From an uncultured Desulfarculus sp. (GTDB lineage Bacteria > Desulfobacterota > Desulfarculia > Desulfarculales > Desulfarculaceae), in contig CAXXUK010000001.1 of the NCBI GenBank assembly GCA_963665125.2, forward strand, positions 1,280,001-1,344,000: 64,000 nt of DNA, read 5' to 3'. Under the pieces are notes generated by a model that saw nothing but the letters and a program-made list of their open reading frames with translations, was not told the origin of the DNA and searched no databases. Of the stretch, positions 57,127 through 64,000 are shown piece after piece. Made by a program: the position numbers and the translations under genes. Each line of letters begins with the position of its first letter. Within the stretch, counting starts at the first letter, position 1.

Positions 57127-57873
57127 GTGCATGTGATGAGCCGCTTTCTGCCCTATTTGAAAATCTGGTTGGTTGTCTTATTTGCGTTCATCCAGGTCGG
57201 CTGCGCGCCGGGCATACCCCAATACGACGACCAACAGGGTAAGGAACTGGTGGTCCTGTTGCATGGCCTGGGCCGCAACCAGCGCAGCATGGTCTACATG
57301 GCCGCTCATTTGCGGGGCGCAGGTTATGCCACATACCGGGTGGATTACAAATCCCTGGGCGAAAAGTCCGAAGACGTGCTGGCCGACGTCACCTCCCAGA
57401 TCAACGGACTCGATCTGGCCCGCAGACCCAAGGTGCATTTCGTGGGGCATTCCCTGGGCGGCCTGTTGACCAGGGCCTATCTGGAGCAAAACAAGCCGGC
57501 CAACCTGGGCCGGGTGGTTTTACTGGGTACGCCCAATCACGGAACGGAAATAATCGACAAATATGCCGCTAAATGCTGGCTGAGTTGGTTGGGCCCCACC
57601 GCCCTGTCCCTGGGCACGGGCCCCCAAAGCCTGCCCAACTCCCTGCCCAGGCCGACTTATCCGGTGGGCGTCGTGGCGGGATTGTCCAGCGGCCCGTTCA
57701 GCAATGAAACCCTGCCCGGCGATGACGACGGCCTTGTCACCGTGGAGTCTTCCAAGGTCGAGGGCATGCGCGACTTTATCATTGTCGATACGAACCACGC
57801 CTTTCTGCGCCTTGACACTTTGGTCATGGAGCAGACCGTCAACTTTCTGCGCAGGGGCGAGTTCCTCCACTAA
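57127..57873 (+). CDS. Alpha/beta hydrolase (lipase/esterase), probable lipoprotein
   Basis: LLHGLGR, GHSLGG nucleophile elbow, DDGLV, NHAF; lipobox-like VGC. Confidence 0.88.
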   Translation: MHVMSRFLPYLKIWLVVLFAFIQVGCAPGIPQYDDQQGKELVVLLHGLGRNQRSMVYMAAHLRGAGYATYRVDYKSLGEKSEDVLADVTSQINGLDLARRPKVHFVGHSLGGLLTRAYLEQNKPANLGRVVLLGTPNHGTEIIDKYAAKCWLSWLGPTALSLGTGPQSLPNSLPRPTYPVGVVAGLSSGPFSNETLPGDDDGLVTVESSKVEGMRDFIIVDTNHAFLRLDTLVMEQTVNFLRRGEFLH

Positions 57874-58057
57874 CTCACCTGATTAATTGTTTTTTACCGG
57901 ATATCCCAAAAATATCCCGTCCGCTGTGTGTTTGCCGTGGACTGGGCAAGGCTATTTTTGCTAACGTTGTTCTGATATATCAGCCACGTTTACTCATCAA
58001 AACTTTGGTCGCATAAATCGGCATAGCGCCAAACACCAAGTTCGTGGAGAGCGGTAC

Positions 58058-59638
58058 ATGGGTCAGTATTCCAACAGCAAAGTCATCTGGAAGGTTTTGG
58101 ACGAACAGGCAACCAAACAGCCCGGTTCGATTTTTTTCTATATCGGTGACAACCAGATCACCTATGGCCAGGTAAACGAGATAACCGACCACGTGGCTTG
58201 CGGCCTGCTCAACATGGGCATCAAGCGCGGCGACCGCATCGCCGTCAACGGCCTCAACACCCCTGATTGGCTATTTGCCTATTTCGGCGCGGCAAAGATC
58301 GGCGCCTGCATCGTGGGCCTCAACGTGCGCTACCGCGACAGCGAATTGGAGTACATACTCAACCAGAGCCAAACCGAGACAGTGATAACCTTGCCTGGGC
58401 TGCCCGATTTCAACTACGTCGACTTTTTCCAGGGCTTCAAACCAAAGATTCCAACCGTTAAAAATTTCATGTTTTTCGGATCGGACGGTTTTGACGGGGC
58501 CTTAAATTTCAACACATTGGTCCAGGCCCCCATCGACACCGAGGCTTTGGCCAGGGCCAAGGCCTCGGTCCAGCCCGACGACTTGATTATGATCATCTAC
58601 ACCTCCGGCACCACCGGCCAACCCAAGGGAGCGGCAATCACCAACGCCAGCCAGTTGGCTTCGGCCCTGGGCGAGGCGGAACACTGCCAAATACGGACCG
58701 ATGACGTGTTTTTGGGCGCCCTGCCCTTTAACCACGTCGGCGGCATCACCTGCTGCCTGCTCACCAGCCTGTTGGCCGGGGCCGCCGTATTGCTGATCCC
58801 CGCGCCGGATCTGGAGATGATCATCAAGCAGTCCGCCCGGTATGGTCTAACAGTCGTGGGCGGCGTGCCAACCCTGCACACCCTGCTGCTGATGACCCCG
58901 GCCATCAAGGATTGGGACAAGTCCAAAGTCCGCCTTGTGATCACCGGAGGCTCAAACGCCGAACCGGAATTGCTGACCAACCTCACCAAAAACTACCCCA
59001 ACGCCACGGTGATGAACCTCTATGGCCTCAGCGAGTCGTCCGGGGCCGTGGTTCTGAGCCCCTGGGACAGCGGCTTTGAGCGTTTGCTCAAATCAATCGG
59101 CACACCCGTGGGCGACGCCGTGGTCAAGATCATGAACGAAGACGGCCAGGAACTCCCCACCGGGGAAACCGGCGAATTGTACTTCAACGCCGGAGCGGTT
59201 TGCGGCAGCTACTTCCTCATGCCCGACGCCAGCAATGAAGCCTTCCTCGAGGGCGGCTGGCTCAAGACCGGCGACATGGGCTATGTGGATGAAAACGGCT
59301 ATATCTACTTGATGGGCCGCAAAAAAGAGATGTACTTGCAGGGCGGGTTCAATGTCTACCCGGTGGAGGTAGAAAACCTGCTGACCAAGCACCCCAAGGT
59401 GTCCATGGCCGCGGGCATCGGCGTGCCCGATCCGGTGCTGGGCGAGATCGGCCGTTACTATATCGTGCCCATGCCCGGCGAGGACCCCACCGAGGATGAA
59501 ATCAAGGCTTTCTGCGGCAAGCACTTGGCCGACTACAAGGTTCCTCGGCAGATCATCTTCCGGGAGGCCCTGCCCATGACGCCGGTGGGCAAGATCATGA
59601 AGTCCACCCTCAAGGCGGAGTACGAGGCCGAGCGATAA
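58058..59638 (+). CDS. Long-chain acyl-CoA synthetase (class I adenylate-forming)
   Basis: YTSGTTGQPKG, YGLSE, WLKTGD, GFNVYPVEVE, GKIMK. Confidence 0.93.
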   Translation: MGQYSNSKVIWKVLDEQATKQPGSIFFYIGDNQITYGQVNEITDHVACGLLNMGIKRGDRIAVNGLNTPDWLFAYFGAAKIGACIVGLNVRYRDSELEYILNQSQTETVITLPGLPDFNYVDFFQGFKPKIPTVKNFMFFGSDGFDGALNFNTLVQAPIDTEALARAKASVQPDDLIMIIYTSGTTGQPKGAAITNASQLASALGEAEHCQIRTDDVFLGALPFNHVGGITCCLLTSLLAGAAVLLIPAPDLEMIIKQSARYGLTVVGGVPTLHTLLLMTPAIKDWDKSKVRLVITGGSNAEPELLTNLTKNYPNATVMNLYGLSESSGAVVLSPWDSGFERLLKSIGTPVGDAVVKIMNEDGQELPTGETGELYFNAGAVCGSYFLMPDASNEAFLEGGWLKTGDMGYVDENGYIYLMGRKKEMYLQGGFNVYPVEVENLLTKHPKVSMAAGIGVPDPVLGEIGRYYIVPMPGEDPTEDEIKAFCGKHLADYKVPRQIIFREALPMTPVGKIMKSTLKAEYEAER

Positions 59639-59665
59639 ACCGCCATCGGCGATCCGATCAATACG

Positions 59666-59696
59666 GGCCGGGGGCGGCAGCGCCTCCGGCCTTTTT
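59666..59696 (+). terminator. Intrinsic terminator
   Basis: GGCCGGGGGCG-gcag-CGCCTCCGGCC-TTTTT. Confidence 0.75.
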
Positions 59697-59716
59697 ACAC
59701 GCTCCATTTGAACCGA

Positions 59717-59745
59717 TTGACTACACAAATCCGGTGTAATACATT
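59717..59745 (+). promoter_or_regulatory. Putative sigma70 promoter with internal palindrome
   Basis: TTGACT-N17-TACATT; the spacer contains TACAC-N7-GTGTA. Confidence 0.45.
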
Positions 59746-59802
59746 GCCAAGAAGCATAGGAGCGTTTCAATCAATACTGTACGTTTTTCCGGGAGATTAG
59801 CC

Positions 59803-60315
59803 ATGAAGTTGCCTTGGGTTTTACCGCTTGCCGCGTTTATGGTCTCACTGGTGTTCTTGGCTGGTCCGGCTTTCGCCGATGACCAAGGCGACCTGAAGAC
59901 TCAGATTCAGCAATTGTTCGATCAGGTGGCCGCCGATTTCCAGAAGGGAGACCTCAAGGCCGTGCTGTCGGCCAGCGCCCCGAACGCCGTGATCGTATAT
60001 AAGAACGGTCAAACCATTGATATGGTCCAATGGGAAAAGGCCGTCGAAAAGGATGTAGCCGACTGGCAGAACGACCAGACCAAATACGTGGTGGAAAAGG
60101 CCTGGCCCATTGGAGAGGATCAGGCGGGCGCGGTCTACAGCGAAAGCCATGAATTCACCCGGTCCAGCGATCCCGGCCACAAGTACGCCATCCTGGCCCA
60201 ATTCCAGGCTAAACTGACCAAGACAGCCCAAGGCTGGCGTTTCCTGGAATTCCAGGAGATTAGCATCCAGACAACCAAGGACGGACAGCCGCTGTCCCCG
60301 GAGCCGGCCAAGTAA
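59803..60315 (+). CDS. Exported NTF2/SnoaL-like (DUF4440-like) protein
   Basis: Signal peptide ending AFA; helix-start (ADFQKGDLKAV) and C-terminal KTAQGWRF typical of the NTF2 fold. Confidence 0.7.
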   Translation: MKLPWVLPLAAFMVSLVFLAGPAFADDQGDLKTQIQQLFDQVAADFQKGDLKAVLSASAPNAVIVYKNGQTIDMVQWEKAVEKDVADWQNDQTKYVVEKAWPIGEDQAGAVYSESHEFTRSSDPGHKYAILAQFQAKLTKTAQGWRFLEFQEISIQTTKDGQPLSPEPAK

Positions 60316-60337
60316 GCCGTTGAACCATGAAAAATTC

Positions 60338-60372
60338 AGGGCTGGAGGTAGTTTGGCCTCCAGCCCTTTTTT
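60338..60372. terminator. Terminator between convergent genes
   Basis: AGGGCTGGAGG-N8-CCTCCAGCCCT followed by a T run; A run upstream. Confidence 0.75.
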
Positions 60373-60376
60373 ATGG

Positions 60377-61789
60377 CTAGATCTTGCGGGGCATGCCGTG
60401 CTCGAAGAAGTGGCCGACGTCCTGCAGGTAGCGCAGCTTGGCCGCCTTCATCAGGCCTGAGGTGGATACCGCGCCGACAAAGCGCGACAGATAGGCCGGG
60501 GTCAAGAACGGCGTCTTCATGCCCAGGCGGTTGCCGATTATCAGGTTCAGTTCGCTGGTGGTGGTGAAGCACTTGTCGATGTGGTGAACCTTCTTGGCGT
60601 TGACCACTTCCGCCTTGGAGCAGCTTCCGATCATGAAGACCTCTTCGCCCCTGGCGTCGATGGTCTCGCCGTTGGAGCCGATTACCAGCACGGCGGGCTT
60701 GCAGGTCTTGAACACCTCGGGCCCGCCCGACTCCTCGAAAAAGCTCAGGAACATCTTCAGGGCCATGATGCAGCCGTATTTACAGCGGCTCTGGTTGTCG
60801 TGACGCGAGGCCCCCCAATAGAAGCGCAGGGGCGACTCGAGCCGCGTCAGTTCCTTGTGGATGTCCTGCCATTTGTAGTACTCGTCGTCATAGGGCAGGA
60901 TCCGCTTGGCCTGTTCGTCCAATTCTTCCAGGCTGGTGATGTCACCGGCCAGGGTTACTTCATCCAGGCAGGTCGGCGTATAGCCCCGTTCCACGGCCCG
61001 TTGCAGGTATGGCACGTCCTCGATGTTGTAGCCCAGCAGCCGCGCCCCTACCAGGTCCACGGCAACGGGATTGACGCCCATGATGATCACGCCCAGTTTG
61101 CGGGCCACGGGGATGGCCTCGTTGGCCACGCCGATGTTTATGGCGTCCATGAAGATGAAATCAGGATAGCCCACGGTCAGCAGATCGACGATCTTGTCGA
61201 TGAGCATGAAGTCGTGCTTGATAGCCCGCTCGTCATCTGAGCAGATGCCGATGTTTAGCTTTACCGCGCCGGTGATGTTGGTGATGTTGTGGCACTTGAG
61301 CTTGGGCAGATAGACCTTGCTATCGGCCCGGGCCATCTTGCGCGCCACCCGCAGGGTGTCGTGAACCACGCCGCCCACGAACATCTTGTCCCGGCGTTCT
61401 TCGTCGATGCAGAAGATGCCCACCTTTTTGCCCGTGTCGGAGCGCACCTTCTTGACCACGTCGTAGTATCCGGCGTTCTTGAAATTGAGCCGGGTGGGTA
61501 CGCCGATGCCCGTGTTTTCGCCCATGTCCACCCGGTCCACTCCTGGGCTGGTGGCCAGTGTGGCCAGGGTCGATTCGATCACGGCCCGATTGGTATAGGC
61601 CGTATCGCCGTACTTGTCGTCTTTAAAGGCAAAGACTACGTTGGGCTTCACATATACCTTGCCTTTGGGCTCGTAGCCGTAGAACTGCATGCCCTGTTTC
61701 ATGATCTCCGACAGGGCCTTGGGGTCGTATTCCTCGCAACGGCGGATTAGCACCGTGTTGTTTAGAGAATCAGCCATTATTGCTCCCAT
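60377..61789 (-). CDS. DUF362 domain protein
   Basis: VYVKPNVV, LPKLKCH..TGAVKLNIG, DAI, NPVAVD. Confidence 0.85.
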   Translation of the reverse strand: MGAIMADSLNNTVLIRRCEEYDPKALSEIMKQGMQFYGYEPKGKVYVKPNVVFAFKDDKYGDTAYTNRAVIESTLATLATSPGVDRVDMGENTGIGVPTRLNFKNAGYYDVVKKVRSDTGKKVGIFCIDEERRDKMFVGGVVHDTLRVARKMARADSKVYLPKLKCHNITNITGAVKLNIGICSDDERAIKHDFMLIDKIVDLLTVGYPDFIFMDAINIGVANEAIPVARKLGVIIMGVNPVAVDLVGARLLGYNIEDVPYLQRAVERGYTPTCLDEVTLAGDITSLEELDEQAKRILPYDDEYYKWQDIHKELTRLESPLRFYWGASRHDNQSRCKYGCIMALKMFLSFFEESGGPEVFKTCKPAVLVIGSNGETIDARGEEVFMIGSCSKAEVVNAKKVHHIDKCFTTTSELNLIIGNRLGMKTPFLTPAYLSRFVGAVSTSGLMKAAKLRYLQDVGHFFEHGMPRKI

Positions 61790-61847
61790 TTTGCGTATCG
61801 GGCGTTGGTGCTTGTGCCGCGCTGGGGAAACAATGCCCTGCTGATTG

Positions 61848-63347
61848 TTATTCTGGCACCACCAGGTCGTACCAATACCGCTGGGCCCTGGTGTGGCCCA
61901 GGTCCACCTGGATGCTCTTGACCTCGGTGTATTCGTTCATAAAGCCGTCCAGGCCCCGCTCCCGGCCGATGCCGCTTTGCTTGCATCCGCCATAGGGCAG
62001 ATCCAGGCTCATCAGGTGGGTCTCGTTGATCCAGACATTGCCCACCCGCAGCTTTTCGCCCAGGTCGATGGCCCGCTCCACGTTGGGCGACCATACCGCG
62101 CCCATGAGCCCGAAGTCGCTGTCATTGGCGATTGCCAGGGCATCTTCGTCGCTGGAATATTTGATCACGCACAACACCGGGCCGAAGATCTCTTCCCTGG
62201 CTATGCGCATGGAGTTGTCCACATCGGCGAACACGGTGGGCTCCAGGTACCAGCCCTTGTCAAATCCGGCGGGTCTGCCGCCGCCGCAGACCAGGCGCGC
62301 GCCCTCCTGTTGGCCGATGGCGATGTATTTTTCCACCGTGGCCCGGTGGGCCTCGGAGACCAGGGGCCCCATCTGGGTGTCGAACGCCGCAGGGTCGCCC
62401 ACCCTGATCCGGCCGGTCTTGGCCGCGATCTTTTCCACGAACTCGTCATACATCGATTCATGGACCAGGGCCCGGGAAGGTGTGTAGCAGATCTGGCCCG
62501 CGTTGAAGAAACAGCCCCACATGGCCGCATCCACGGCAAGGTCGATATCCACGTCATCCAGGAAGATATTGGCCGACTTGCCGCCAAGCTCCATGGTGGC
62601 GTTCTTGATGGTGTCGGCGGCCAAATGCAGCACCCGCTTGCCCACTTCGTTTGACCCGGTGAAGGTGACCTTGTCCACCAGGGGATGGGAGGCCAGCAGC
62701 TCGCCCACAACGGGCCCGCTGCCTGTCACCAGGTTGACCACGCCCGGCGGGATGTCCGAGGCATCCACCAGCTTCATCACCTCCAGCATGGTGCAAGGGG
62801 TGAGCGTGGCCGGTTTGATCACCACCGCGTTGCCCGCTGCCAGGGGCGCGGCCAGGCTCCCGATACCCTGGACCAGGGGTGCGTTCCAGGGCACGATCTG
62901 GGAGCACACGCCGATGGGGTCGCGCTTGATATAGGGCAACGCCGCCGCCGGAGCCCTGAACATGGGCATGGGCTGTTCAAAGGAACGCGCCGCGGCCTTG
63001 GCGAACCAGTCCAGGCGGTTCTGGGCCGTGCCGGCGAAGACCATGGTGGCCAGGGCTATGGGCGCGCCCAGGTTCTGGCTCTCCAGTTCGCCCAGTTCGG
63101 CCACGACCTCCTGATATTTGGCCAGCAGGTCCGACAGGATCTTGGAGCGCTGGGCAGGGTCCAGGCCGCTCCACACGCCCGAGTCATGGGCCCGGCGGGC
63201 CGCCTCGATGGCCCGCACCGTATCGGCCGCGGTGGCCATGGGCACGGTGGCGATGACCTCCTCGGTGGCCGGATTGATCACATGGCTGGTGCGGCCGTCC
63301 GAGGAATCGCACCACTGGCCGTCGATGTACATCTGGTATTCGGTCAT
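61848..63347 (-). CDS. NAD(P)-dependent aldehyde dehydrogenase
   Basis: IVPWN, FTGS, MELGGKS (catalytic Glu), NAGQIC (catalytic Cys), EEIFGPV. Confidence 0.95.
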   Translation of the reverse strand: MTEYQMYIDGQWCDSSDGRTSHVINPATEEVIATVPMATAADTVRAIEAARRAHDSGVWSGLDPAQRSKILSDLLAKYQEVVAELGELESQNLGAPIALATMVFAGTAQNRLDWFAKAAARSFEQPMPMFRAPAAALPYIKRDPIGVCSQIVPWNAPLVQGIGSLAAPLAAGNAVVIKPATLTPCTMLEVMKLVDASDIPPGVVNLVTGSGPVVGELLASHPLVDKVTFTGSNEVGKRVLHLAADTIKNATMELGGKSANIFLDDVDIDLAVDAAMWGCFFNAGQICYTPSRALVHESMYDEFVEKIAAKTGRIRVGDPAAFDTQMGPLVSEAHRATVEKYIAIGQQEGARLVCGGGRPAGFDKGWYLEPTVFADVDNSMRIAREEIFGPVLCVIKYSSDEDALAIANDSDFGLMGAVWSPNVERAIDLGEKLRVGNVWINETHLMSLDLPYGGCKQSGIGRERGLDGFMNEYTEVKSIQVDLGHTRAQRYWYDLVVPE

Positions 63348-63359
63348 GGTCCCTCCCCC

Positions 63360-63794
63360 TTATTTACGCACTATCAGATCGGTGTAGCCCATTTCCTCCA
63401 GGGCTATCGGGAACATCTGGAACGCGGGTTTGACCACGGGCAGCAGCTTGAGCATGGCCGTGACCTTGCCGCCCTGGCGCACCTTGCCCTTGGCCACGCT
63501 GGCGATGGGGTTCTCATAGCCGTGCCAGAAACGGTGGGAGTGGTCGGCGCTCTGCTTTGACCACACGTCTTCCTTTACATCGCACTTGCCCAGGTAAAAT
63601 TTGCCGTAGGCCCCTTCCGGCGGCGGCGATTTCAGATCAATGGTGATCTCGGCGTCCGGGTCGGTGTAGATGAACTTGATCACGATTCCGGCCTTGGCCA
63701 TTTTGCTGCCAATGCGGTCATCTTCGAGAACGCGCTTAAGAAAATAGCCGTAGATTTCGTATAATTGATCTACATCCTTATAATATTGGCTCAT
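63360..63794 (-). CDS. SCP2 (sterol carrier/lipid-binding)-like protein
   Basis: SADHSHRFWHG.ENPIASVAKGKVRQGG...MLKL resembles the SCP2 C-terminal pattern. Confidence 0.7.
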   Translation of the reverse strand: MSQYYKDVDQLYEIYGYFLKRVLEDDRIGSKMAKAGIVIKFIYTDPDAEITIDLKSPPPEGAYGKFYLGKCDVKEDVWSKQSADHSHRFWHGYENPIASVAKGKVRQGGKVTAMLKLLPVVKPAFQMFPIALEEMGYTDLIVRK

Positions 63795-63831
63795 TCTTAC
63801 CCCTCGTATTTTGAAAGCTGTTTACGGCTGA

Positions 63832-64000
63832 TCAGCCGGATCTGCGTTGGTCAAAGCGGCGGCCGAACTGAAAACTGGCCAGGGTGATCTTGAGCATCTC
63901 CAGGGTGCCCCCGGCCACGGCCCAGGCCCGGCTGTCCCGGAGCATACGCTCCATGGGGAACTGCTTGGAGTAGCCGTAGCCGCCCAATATCTGCATGGCC
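63832..64000 (-). CDS. Acyl-CoA dehydrogenase family, C-terminal fragment (gene starts beyond the window)
   Basis: Manual translation AMQILGGYGYSKQFPMERMLRDSRAWAVAGGTLEMLKITLASFQFGRRFDQRRSG*. Confidence 0.88.
   Translation of the reverse strand, partial: AMQILGGYGYSKQFPMERMLRDSRAWAVAGGTLEMLKITLASFQFGRRFDQRRSG

Overview
GC-rich bacterial chromosome segment. Gene content and order suggest an anaerobic deltaproteobacterium (Desulfobacterota, possibly Desulfarculaceae-like); this is inference only. About 1-31 kb is mostly housekeeping: M18 aminopeptidase, the rlmD-SPOR-xseA-M23-xseB-ispA-dxs-tlyA operon, HDOD, PfkB kinase, ACT/DUF711 pair, nth, cyclophilin, an MCP, a LOG-family gene, a beta-CASP nuclease/radical SAM/RNase G operon, acyl-CoA dehydrogenase, an RND pump and class II FBP aldolase. 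About 31-47.5 kb is accessory envelope and signalling content: Get3/ArsA-HSP20 ATPase plus a small partner, S41 protease, CstA, AsmA, 7TM-DISM diguanylate cyclase, a phospholipase A2/beta-propeller fusion, and an MscS-cNMP/SH3/M48/CHASE2-adenylate cyclase cluster. At 47.5-53 kb a tandem glycine riboswitch precedes gcvT-H-PA-PB-lipA. At 53-57 kb lie five uncharacterised exported or membrane proteins, one with a caspase/CHAT-like His-Cys signature. At 57-64 kb are lipid and acyl-CoA catabolism genes. No rRNA, tRNA, CRISPR array or transposase was seen. The strongest novelty candidates are the protease-cyclase-gated-channel module, the exported caspase-like cluster, a five-hairpin intergenic array at 25.15-25.41 kb and the PLA2-propeller protein. 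All calls come from reading motifs by eye; no database searches were run.
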